The notes below the pieces were generated by a model. The model searched no databases, had not been told where the DNA came from, and saw nothing but the letters and a program-made list of their open reading frames with translations. From positions 1-37,560 of the forward strand of contig JBBIJY010000024.1 of the NCBI GenBank assembly GCA_037445735.1: DNA of 37,560 nucleotides, written 5' to 3'. Every line of letters begins with the position of its first letter. The stretch's first letter is position 1. Below are positions 26,500 to 34,670 of this stretch, in pieces. Origin of the DNA: Armatimonadota bacterium. Lineage in GTDB: Bacteria; Armatimonadota; Fimbriimonadia; Fimbriimonadales; GBS-DC. Position numbers and translations under genes: made by a program.

Positions 26500-28026
26500 C
26501 TAACAGCCATTGCCAAAATTGAACAGCACGGTCAGCAGATCGGCGTCGTCGATGATGCCATCGCCGTTCAGGTCGTAGCGCGGATCGTTATTGCCGAAGT
26601 TGAACAGGATGGTCAGCAGGTCGGCGTCATCCACGCAGCCGTTGCCGTCTATATCCCCTGTGGGCAGCGTGGTGGTCTGCAGGCGCAGCTCGTAGCGTTG
26701 CACATCGTTCGTCGAGCCGCTGCCAGAGAACACCCGCACATAGAAGGTGCCGCCCGCAGGATACAGCACGAAGTTGGCTATCTGTTCCGCAATGCCCACG
26801 CCGTTCGCTGTTGCCGATGCCAGAATGGTTCCCGAAGAATTTCTCAGTTCCACCTGAAGGTTCTGGATGGCGCGGGTGTTGATGGTGGTGGGCGTGCCGC
26901 CATCTGGACCCACCTGATAGGTGGAGCCAATCGGGGTCACGGTGATGGTGATTTTTCGGCTGGCGGGCACCTCCAGGCGATAATAGTCCACATCGGCGGT
27001 GCGATCCAGGCTCGCCATCCCGAACACCACCAGATTGGTGTTGGTCAGATCAGCGAGCGTCGCCTGAGAAACGGAGTTATTCAGCTCGTAAGGGTCGCCA
27101 TAGAGCCGCTGACCGCCCCGAATGTCGTCATCCTGCGGACCGTCGAAGTTGGTGTTCAGGAATGGCTCCATCAGTTTGGTGCCGTTTGTGGGTATCACAT
27201 GGAGCAATCCCAGCCCGTGTCCATGTTCGTGCATCACGGTGTTGCGCAGGAAGCGGTAGGTGCCGCTGCTGCTTTGCCAGTTTTCGCTGGTGTCCAGAAC
27301 CATGTCGCCCGTGTTCGGCAGGTAGTTGAAAGCCAGCACGCCACCAGCCCCATCGAGATTGCGCCCGCCGATTCGCACATCGCCGCGCGGTGCGGTCGCG
27401 GAGCCAGGCGAGTTCGGAAAGGCGGCGCCGTCATCGCTCACCTCGGTGTATTCCACCCCTGCAACCTGCGACCAGCGGGCAAAGCTATTTCGAAATTGAT
27501 TTTGCCAGAGGGTGGTGTTGCCGCCGAATTTACTGTTCATGCTGGCAATCAGGTTGCTGGGCGCGCTGCCGCCGCTGATGCCTGGCACAGGCGTGCCATC
27601 AGGCACGAAGCTCCAGCGCAGGCGGATCGGGGTGCCCTGCGAACCAGTGCTGCCATACGAGGTGGAGGACCAGCGCCCTCCAATATCGTAGGTGGGACGA
27701 TAGTCGCCGAAGATCAGGCGGGAGATGTAGTCCACATACCAGTCGGGTGTACCTGGCGCAAAGCACACATGCATCGGCAGCCCCTCGCGATTGATACCCT
27801 CGATGCAGCAGCTCCCCACGCCTTCCACACCGGTAAGCGCAGCTGTTAGAGCGTGGCGAGCCGCCAGAAAATCCGATTGAAACAGCCCGGTCGGCTGCTC
27901 CCAGCCCCAGATCGGTTTCCACCGAACTGAAGGATTCAGGCTCAGCGGCTCGAACAGGTCGGCGCGTGCCATGCCGACCATTAAAACGACCGTCAGAATA
28001 CCCAGAAGCCGTTCGAATCGTCTCAT
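26500..28026 (-). CDS. Secreted matrixin (M10) zinc metalloprotease with PPC-like domain and dockerin-like C-terminal repeat
   Basis: HEHGHGLGLLH, Met-turn KLMEP, DVDYYR PPC-like motif, and two GD.DG.G.(V/I)DDADLL..LFNFG repeats. Signal peptide, SD AAGGAG, GGTATAAT at 28091-28084. Confidence 0.9.
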   Translation of the reverse strand: MRRFERLLGILTVVLMVGMARADLFEPLSLNPSVRWKPIWGWEQPTGLFQSDFLAARHALTAALTGVEGVGSCCIEGINREGLPMHVCFAPGTPDWYVDYISRLIFGDYRPTYDIGGRWSSTSYGSTGSQGTPIRLRWSFVPDGTPVPGISGGSAPSNLIASMNSKFGGNTTLWQNQFRNSFARWSQVAGVEYTEVSDDGAAFPNSPGSATAPRGDVRIGGRNLDGAGGVLAFNYLPNTGDMVLDTSENWQSSSGTYRFLRNTVMHEHGHGLGLLHVIPTNGTKLMEPFLNTNFDGPQDDDIRGGQRLYGDPYELNNSVSQATLADLTNTNLVVFGMASLDRTADVDYYRLEVPASRKITITVTPIGSTYQVGPDGGTPTTINTRAIQNLQVELRNSSGTILASATANGVGIAEQIANFVLYPAGGTFYVRVFSGSGSTNDVQRYELRLQTTTLPTGDIDGNGCVDDADLLTILFNFGNNDPRYDLNGDGIIDDADLLTVLFNFGNGC

Positions 28027-28141
28027 TGAAGTGTCTCCTTCCTTGCGACCTGATGGTGGCTTCACCGCCATCGGGTCTGACCTATTATACCACAGGTGCT
28101 AACCCATCGATTCGGATGGGGTATACTCAACATGAGCGACT

Positions 28142-28885
28142 ATGCGAGCAGATCTGAGACCGGCGGATCGAATGCGGCAGGCGCTGATGGCACATCTGGA
28201 CCATGAGGGTGTGCAGACTCTGATAGAGTCGGCAGCGACCTGCGATGAAGCCAGCGATTATCTGCAAAATGGCGACTACGAGTTTGCTCTTCAGACCGCT
28301 TTGCCCCTGGTGCTGCTGGGTCCACCTGTGATTGCCGAGCGTGCCCGCGAGATTGCCATCGCTGCTCTGGATCATCTGACCGATCGGGCGCTGCAGGGCG
28401 GCATGCCGCAGCGTGCGCTGGAGTACCTCCAGCAGTGGCTGCGTCTGGAGCCGCAGGCGCTCTACCCGATGGTGCGCCGCGCCGAAATCCTGCAGTTCGA
28501 GCTGGGCGACCACGACGCGGCGTGGACCGCCTACCTGCAGGTGCTGCGCCATCATCCGAATAACATCGAGGCGCTGGTCGGGCTGGCGGAGCTGTCGCTG
28601 ATGGAGGGCAATCCTGAACGGGCGTACCCCTATGTGCTGCGGGCATGGCAGGCGCTGGCAAGCTCCCAGTGGGCGTACACACCCTCCGTGCGAACCTTCA
28701 CTGCCCTCTTTGAGGGGCTGTACGATGTGACGGCGGGTGTGTTGGCGTGGCTCGGCGCACCCGAAGAATCGGAACGCCTGCTCGAAGAAGCGATTCGCCG
28801 TCTGGGCGGCAGCGACGCGCTCGCCCGCCGACTCAAAAGCCTGCGCGAACTCCTCTACGACGACGAAAACGACGAAAACCCCTGA
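28142..28885 (+). CDS. Tetratricopeptide repeat protein
   Basis: TPR-like helices (A..YL...L.L.P; A...Y..VL...P.N..AL.GLA). TATACT at 28122-28127. Confidence 0.75.
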   Translation: MRADLRPADRMRQALMAHLDHEGVQTLIESAATCDEASDYLQNGDYEFALQTALPLVLLGPPVIAERAREIAIAALDHLTDRALQGGMPQRALEYLQQWLRLEPQALYPMVRRAEILQFELGDHDAAWTAYLQVLRHHPNNIEALVGLAELSLMEGNPERAYPYVLRAWQALASSQWAYTPSVRTFTALFEGLYDVTAGVLAWLGAPEESERLLEEAIRRLGGSDALARRLKSLRELLYDDENDENP

Positions 28886-29001
28886 TCAAAGAGGCGAAAC
28901 TGGCAATCTTACGGGTGTAAGCGAAAGGGCAACTGGCGTATCATAAAGAGGAGCCATCGGGGGAGATGTTGAACCAGACCCCATGCGCCTCCACACACTG
29001 A

Positions 29002-29838
29002 GTGGACAGGGGGAAGATTCGTTTGCGACTGTTGACGATTGCTTTATCGGCGCTACTGTTGCTGCCGATGACCATCGGGGAGAGTGCGCTCATACCCTCG
29101 AAACCGCGCCCTGCGCCGCGTTCCGTCACGGCATCCTACCGCAAGGTGCTGGGAGTCCCTGTGCGGGTCATCACGGTGGATCTCAATAACCCGCAGGTGC
29201 GGGTAGGCATTGTGACGGCGCAGCGGATAGGCGCGGCGGAACCAATCTGGACCTTGCTGGCACGCGCCCGACCGACCGCTGCCGTCACGGGCACTTACTT
29301 CAGCACGCGCTCCAAGCTCCCTATCGGGGATATTGTGATTGAGGGCGAGCGCGTGCATTTTGGCGGGCTGGGCACCGCCCTCTGCATCACTTATAACAAT
29401 CAGGTGCATTTTATACGCCCGCCCCGCCATCGGCAGGTGAGCTGGCTCGACTATCGGCTGGTGCTGGGCGCAGGACCGCGCCTGCTGCAGAATGGCAGGC
29501 TCGCGCTCTATCCGCGCGGGGAAGGCTTTCGCGACCCGCGTGTGTATGCCGCGGTGCCGCGCACCGCGGTGGGCGTCACACGCCATAACAAGCTGCTCAT
29601 GGTGGTCATTACGCGCCCCGTGCGCCTGCGCACGCTGGCAAAAATCATGCAACGGCTCGGCGCGACGGACGCGATCGCGCTCGATGGCGGCTCATCGACC
29701 AGCTTCTACTATCGGCGGAAGCTCTCGGTGGTGCCCCGGCGCCGGCTCACCAATCTGCTGGTGGTCTACGAGAACAGCGCCGATTATGAGAGCGTGTTAT
29801 CGCGTCTCAAGCCCACGCGCCGCTATGCCAGCCGCTAA
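29002..29838 (+). CDS. Phosphodiester glycosidase (NAGPA/DUF2233) family exported protein
   Basis: GAGPRLL..G, PRTAVG, AIALDGGSST, plus a signal peptide. Confidence 0.85.
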   Translation: MDRGKIRLRLLTIALSALLLLPMTIGESALIPSKPRPAPRSVTASYRKVLGVPVRVITVDLNNPQVRVGIVTAQRIGAAEPIWTLLARARPTAAVTGTYFSTRSKLPIGDIVIEGERVHFGGLGTALCITYNNQVHFIRPPRHRQVSWLDYRLVLGAGPRLLQNGRLALYPRGEGFRDPRVYAAVPRTAVGVTRHNKLLMVVITRPVRLRTLAKIMQRLGATDAIALDGGSSTSFYYRRKLSVVPRRRLTNLLVVYENSADYESVLSRLKPTRRYASR

Positions 29839-31064
29839 GCCCAGCCCGATTGACGATACTGCTGCCACACGCGGCGGTAGACCTCGCGCGTCTGGCGGGC
29901 GATTCGCGCCCAGTTGAACGCGCGTTGCACCACGCGCTGCGCCCGTGCCGCGCGCTGCTGCGCCCCGCGCGGGTCCTGCAACACGCGCAGGATGCCCCAT
30001 GCCAAGCTCTCGGCGTTGCCCGCCCAGGTGATGATCCCCGTGCGCTCGTGCTGAACCACCTCTCTCAGCCCGCCCGTGTCGGACACCACCACAGGCACGC
30101 CCGCCGCCATCGCCTCCAGCGCCACAATCCCGAACGGCTCGTACAAGCTGGGATAGACCGCCACATCCACCACCCGATAGAGACGCAGTAAATCTTCATC
30201 GGGGATAAAACCTGTGAAGTGGACGCTCGGCTCCATGCGCAGGAATCGCACGAACGCCTCCAGATGCGCGCGCGACCCACCGCCTGCAATCACCAGCTTC
30301 GCCTCTGGCACATACGCCTTCACCTGCGGGAACGCCTGCAGCAGCACCTGCACGCCCTTCTCGCGTACCATGCGCCCCACAAAAAAGATAATCGGCTGAT
30401 TCGGTTCGGCGAACCGCGCGCGAAACGCGGCACGCTCCGATTCGGGGAACTCGAACGCGAACTTCTCGGCGCGAATGCCGTTGGGGATTACATCGAGTTT
30501 ATCGGCAGGCACGCTCAATACGCGCTGAACCTCCTCCCGCATGAAGTGGCTGCACACGATCACGCGCCACGCCTCATAGCAGAGCTGCCACTCGTGGTGG
30601 CTGATGGTACGCGATAGCTCGCTGTGGAGTCCGCCGTGCCGCCCATGCTCGGTGGCGTGGATGGTGGCAATCAGTGGCAGTTTGAACTGGTGTTTGAGTG
30701 CGCGGGCAGCGGGTTCCACCAGCCAGTCGTGCGCGTGGATAAGCATGGGTTGTCGGGCGCGTCGCCGTGTCGAACCGCGCCACTCGCGCAGCAGTTGCTC
30801 GCCCCGCGCTGCCATCGCCGCGTTCAGCGCATAGACCCATCCCAGAAAGTCGCTCCCTGCCATCGGCGGCGCATCCACCCGATGCAGATGCACGCCGTTT
30901 TCCACCGATTCAGTTGGCGCGTCGGGATGACCTGCGGTAATGACATGCACCGCCACGCCCAGACCCGTCAGTGCCTCCGACAGCTCCTGCACATGGCGGG
31001 CAATCCCACCCACAATACGCGGCGGATATTCCCATGAAAGCATCAGGATATTCATGGCGATCAT
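29835..31064 (-). CDS. Glycosyltransferase family 4 protein
   Basis: LSWEYPP..VGG, HAHDW, TIHATE.GR, VGR...EKG, PSLYEPFGIVALEAMA. Confidence 0.93.
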   Translation of the reverse strand: MIAMNILMLSWEYPPRIVGGIARHVQELSEALTGLGVAVHVITAGHPDAPTESVENGVHLHRVDAPPMAGSDFLGWVYALNAAMAARGEQLLREWRGSTRRRARQPMLIHAHDWLVEPAARALKHQFKLPLIATIHATEHGRHGGLHSELSRTISHHEWQLCYEAWRVIVCSHFMREEVQRVLSVPADKLDVIPNGIRAEKFAFEFPESERAAFRARFAEPNQPIIFFVGRMVREKGVQVLLQAFPQVKAYVPEAKLVIAGGGSRAHLEAFVRFLRMEPSVHFTGFIPDEDLLRLYRVVDVAVYPSLYEPFGIVALEAMAAGVPVVVSDTGGLREVVQHERTGIITWAGNAESLAWGILRVLQDPRGAQQRAARAQRVVQRAFNWARIARQTREVYRRVWQQYRQSGWA

Positions 31065-31411
31065 TCGGCAAAACGAATCCGAACTCTATCTGGCTCTACC
31101 ATAATCAAGGCAGCTTGCGCCAGCTCCGACTGATATGCTTTCAGGATATGACTGCAAACATGCCCCTGCTCCTGCGCACGAAATCCAACAAGCCGTACGA
31201 TGCCGCAGTGGGGACGCCGATGGACTATAGCCCACTCACCGAAGTCCTTATCCAGCGTTATAAGCACCCGCTTTTCACGGAAGGCATACTCCAGAATGGT
31301 TTCATCACCTGGATCGGTATCCCAGTCGCCCACCCACACCACATCATAACCTTCACGCTGAAGAAACGCTTTTGCACCACCCCAGACACAGGTATCAAGT
31401 AGCACCTTCAT
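31061..31411 (-). CDS. DUF5615 family PIN-like protein (putative toxin)
   Basis: MKVLLD.CV, DP.D..IL..A..E.RVLIT.DKDFG, R.R at the C-terminus. Confidence 0.85.
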   Translation of the reverse strand: MKVLLDTCVWGGAKAFLQREGYDVVWVGDWDTDPGDETILEYAFREKRVLITLDKDFGEWAIVHRRPHCGIVRLVGFRAQEQGHVCSHILKAYQSELAQAALIMVEPDRVRIRFAE

Positions 31412-31673
31412 CGGTTAACTCCAGTTGCAGGGGTTCAACTCGTTCACGCCCGACAAGGCGGCGTGCATAGACCAGGCAGGCGCGAATATCATCGGGTTCC
31501 AGCCACGGATAGCCCTGCAGAATGATTTCGGGCGTATCACCTGCTGCCAGCATCTGCAGCACATGCTCCACTGCCAGTCGCCGTCCCCGAATGATCGGCT
31601 TGCCCCCAAAAATCGCCGGGTTGGTGGTGATGCGTTTCAGGAGCTGCTCCTCGTCGACGCGCGTGATTGCCAT
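31395..31673 (-). CDS. DUF433 protein (putative antitoxin)
   Basis: RI..NP.I.GGKP.IRG.R..VE.VL..LA.G....IL..YP.L...DI.A.L.YA. SD GGAGG 8 nt before ATG 31673. Confidence 0.88.
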   Translation of the reverse strand: MAITRVDEEQLLKRITTNPAIFGGKPIIRGRRLAVEHVLQMLAAGDTPEIILQGYPWLEPDDIRACLVYARRLVGRERVEPLQLELTDEGAT

Positions 31674-31723
31674 CTCCATCGCCTCCGAATCAAGGATACC
31701 CCAATCCGATAGGGCGAGCAGGG

Positions 31724-32686
31724 TCATATCGCCATCATTGTTGCGATTTCCAGCTTGCGGGCGTCGACGGTTCGGGTCGCCATCAGCACATAGTCGATGG
31801 GCACGGTGATGAGGCGTCCGCCCTCGATGCCGACCATCTCGTCGGTGTTGCCCTGCAGCAGGCGCTCGACAGCAAGCACGCCGAACTGGGTCGCCAGCAC
31901 CCTGTCGAACGCCGTGGGCGAGCCGCCCCGCTGCATGTGCCCCAGCACCAGCGCACGGATATGGTAGGGCGTGTGGCTCTCCAGAAACTTCTGCACATCG
32001 GTGGCTCGCACCGCGCCCTCCGCCACCACGATAATGCTGGAGTGCTTGCCGCGCTGATAGCTCTCATCCAGACGCCGAAGCAGGTCTGCCAGATTGTAGG
32101 GCACTTCGGGGATCAGAATCGCCTCCGCGCCGCCTGCCAGCCCCACCTCCAGCGCGATGAAGCCATTATGCCGACCCATCACCTCAATCACGAACACGCG
32201 CTCGTGCGAATAGGCAGTGTCGCGAATCTTGTCGATCGCCTCCAGCGCGGTGTTGACCGCCGTGTCGAAGCCGATGCTGTAGTCGGTGCCGGGGATGTCG
32301 TTATCGATGGTGGCGGGGATACCGATAACCCGGATGTCGGTATGCTGGCGGAGGGCGACCGCGCCGCGAATGGAGCCGTCGCCGCCAATCACCACCAGCC
32401 CGTCGATGCCGTGCTGGGACAATATCTCAGCGGCGCGTTGCAGACCCGCTTCAGTGCGGAACTCTTCACTGCGGGCGGTGCGCAGAATCGTGCCACCCCG
32501 ATTGATGATGCCGCCGACCGACACGCTGCTCATCGGCTCAATCTCGCCTGCGAGCAGCCCTGCATAGCCGCGCCGAATGCCGTACACCTCCAGCCCGTGA
32601 AAGAGCGCGGCGCGCACCACCGCGCGAATGGCGGCGTTCATGCCCGGCGCGTCGCCCCCGCTGGTCAGCACCCCGATGCGTTTCAT
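31724..32686 (-). CDS. pfkA: ATP-dependent 6-phosphofructokinase
   Basis: LTSGGDAPGMNAAIR, GGTIL..AR, IGGDGS, PATIDND, EVMGR, LGH.QRGG.P...DR. Confidence 0.97.
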   Translation of the reverse strand: MKRIGVLTSGGDAPGMNAAIRAVVRAALFHGLEVYGIRRGYAGLLAGEIEPMSSVSVGGIINRGGTILRTARSEEFRTEAGLQRAAEILSQHGIDGLVVIGGDGSIRGAVALRQHTDIRVIGIPATIDNDIPGTDYSIGFDTAVNTALEAIDKIRDTAYSHERVFVIEVMGRHNGFIALEVGLAGGAEAILIPEVPYNLADLLRRLDESYQRGKHSSIIVVAEGAVRATDVQKFLESHTPYHIRALVLGHMQRGGSPTAFDRVLATQFGVLAVERLLQGNTDEMVGIEGGRLITVPIDYVLMATRTVDARKLEIATMMAI

Positions 32687-32703
32687 TCGTGCCGTGCCCT
32701 CCC

Positions 32704-33480
32704 CTACTCGCGGATAGCGAAGTTCGGCTTGCGCTTCTCCAGAAAGGCACGAATGCCCTCCTGACCTTCGGGGCTGACCCGCAGCTCGGCGAGGCGAGCC
32801 ACAGTCAGCGAGCGCAGCTCATCGATGGGTAGGGTCTGCGTGGCGTTCAATAGCATTTTAGCGGACGCCATCGCCTGCGGACCGTTCTGCAGCAAGCCGC
32901 GGATGAACTGCTGCACCGCATCGTCCAGCTGCTCGGCGGGCGCTATGCGGTGAACCAGCCCGATGCGTAGGGCGGTCTCGGCGTCGAACCGCTCGCCCGT
33001 GAGGAACAGAGCGCGCGCGTGCCCGTAGCCGATTTTGCGCACCACATAGGGCGCGATCACGGCGGGGATCAGCCCCAGCTTCACCTCGCTGAAGGCGAAC
33101 CGCGCCTCCGGCGAGGCAATCGCAATATCACACACGGCGACCAGCCCCACGCCGCCGCCCATCGCCGCGCCGTGAACCCGCGCGATCACCGGCTTCGGGC
33201 AGTGGTCGATCACCTCGAACATGCGCGCCAGCGCCCGTGCATCGTCCAGATTCTGCGCATAGGTGTAGTTCGCGATGGCGCCCATCCAGTGGAGGTCGGC
33301 GCCTGCGCAAAACGACGCGCCCTCCGCCCGCAGCACCACCACGCGCACATCGTCCCGCTCGCGCACCTGCTCAAAGGTCTCGGTCAGGCGAGCGATCAGC
33401 TCCGCGTTGAAGGCGTTATGCACTTCGGGGCGGTTCAGCACCACCTGCGCCACCCAGTCGGCTATCTTCAGCTCCAGCAT
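32704..33480 (-). CDS. Enoyl-CoA hydratase/isomerase (methylglutaconyl-CoA hydratase-like)
   Basis: LNRPEVHNAF, FCAGADL, GAAMGGGVGL, SEVKLGLIP, EGQEG..AFLEKRKP. Start at ATG 33480. Confidence 0.92.
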   Translation of the reverse strand: MLELKIADWVAQVVLNRPEVHNAFNAELIARLTETFEQVRERDDVRVVVLRAEGASFCAGADLHWMGAIANYTYAQNLDDARALARMFEVIDHCPKPVIARVHGAAMGGGVGLVAVCDIAIASPEARFAFSEVKLGLIPAVIAPYVVRKIGYGHARALFLTGERFDAETALRIGLVHRIAPAEQLDDAVQQFIRGLLQNGPQAMASAKMLLNATQTLPIDELRSLTVARLAELRVSPEGQEGIRAFLEKRKPNFAIRE

Positions 33481-33492
33481 GCCAGCCGCCAG

Positions 33493-33519
33493 ATTCTCCC
33501 CGATCAGGCGGCTTCCTGC
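33493..33519 (-). promoter_or_regulatory. Putative SigH-like promoter of the enoyl-CoA hydratase-pfkA operon
   Basis: Minus strand GCAGGAAG...GAGAAT (GCAGG-N18-GAAT), 12 nt before ATG 33480, no SD. Confidence 0.55.
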
Positions 33520-33740
33520 AGCGCACTGCACCCAACAGGTACTGCATAATCACCGCTCGCCAGAACCTTTTCTTGTCCATCAGAACCGGAGCCACAAACC
33601 TCCTGACTGACAAAGTCGCTTGTGTAATTCACACTGGTGTCCATAGGAACGGATTTAGCTGTCAAAGATGACTGGCTCGTCGTTTCGGTTATTTACTCAT
33701 TTTCATTGATTATCGCTTAGCTGCTGGCGAAGGCTAATCA

Positions 33741-34670
33741 TCAGCGTTTTTCTGATTGCTCAGCAAAAGTGTAAATCTTTTTAATTACTGTTTTGCCTGT
33801 TATATAATATGAAACTGATAATATTATTGAATATATAATTGCATATAAAACGATTTTGTATACGAAATAATTAATCAATATTGATAAAATAAACAGTGCT
33901 GAAGTTACTAAGAGAATGACAGTATTATCCGGTTTGCCTTTTCGCAATCGTAGCGCAACCTCACTATTTCCTGCAAGTCCTGCAATCGGTAATAGCACGC
34001 CTATGAAAATGTAATTCATAATGGCTACTGCGATCCATAGCTCCAATGGAGCAGCCATCTCTAACAGCTTGGTTGCTATCGCAAGAAAGATAATCAACAC
34101 CCACAAGACGAAACTGACCAGTGGCTTATAGAAAGGATTTTGACAAACATGGACAATCCGGTCATCGTGGTCCATCTGAGTCTCGGAGGATAAGCGTATC
34201 TGATTTTTTCGCATACATAAAGAAGTATCTAAATAAAAATTTTTCCAATTAATTTTGTAGTAAAGTATATCGACTATGTGGAAAATCAAAGAACCAAAAT
34301 ACAACGATAAGAAATGAAATGATATAAAATAATAATATAATAGAAAATAGATAATTAAGTATTCAAAAGATAGATGTAATAACATGTACAATATATCAAT
34401 ACTATTTTTATCTTTGGTTATCAAACTTCGACATGGAAAATAAAACGCCCATGCGCAAGCAAATTGAAAACCACAAATGAGATAAAAAAGAGTTTCAAAT
34501 AGCACATTTTGAATTGGGAAAAAGAATAATTCATATGTTATAAAAGAAAAATATAAAAATAACATGGATAAACCTATAGTCCGAGAATGCCCCCAAGCAG
34601 GGACAACCCTTATCTGTCGTCCCCCAAGCAAAATCCATTCTGGAGGCCAAAATTGCAACTTGTTCATCAT
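33741..34670 (-). CDS. AT-rich multi-pass membrane protein, candidate immunity protein for the upstream Cys-rich tip
   Basis: ATG 34670 overlaps the upstream TGA (ATGA). About 8 hydrophobic segments. Markedly AT-rich relative to the rest of the window. Confidence 0.7.
   Translation of the reverse strand: MMNKLQFWPPEWILLGGRQIRVVPAWGHSRTIGLSMLFLYFSFITYELFFFPIQNVLFETLFYLICGFQFACAWAFYFPCRSLITKDKNSIDILYMLLHLSFEYLIIYFLLYYYFISFHFLSLYFGSLIFHIVDILYYKINWKNFYLDTSLCMRKNQIRLSSETQMDHDDRIVHVCQNPFYKPLVSFVLWVLIIFLAIATKLLEMAAPLELWIAVAIMNYIFIGVLLPIAGLAGNSEVALRLRKGKPDNTVILLVTSALFILSILINYFVYKIVLYAIIYSIILSVSYYITGKTVIKKIYTFAEQSEKR

Noticed and set aside
26434-27849. 471-aa plus-strand ORF
   Set aside because: Antisense shadow of the matrixin gene.
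28886-29001. Possible riboswitch upstream of the phosphodiester glycosidase gene
   Set aside because: Only short stems are present, and I could not match c-di-AMP, c-di-GMP or other known aptamer cores. A weak GAGG-N19-GAAC promoter-like motif was also left uncalled.
33416-33740. Small ORFs between the RHS island and the enoyl-CoA hydratase gene
   Set aside because: Short, with no recognisable motifs, and overlapping the promoter and start of the downstream gene. Could be a remnant but cannot be supported.
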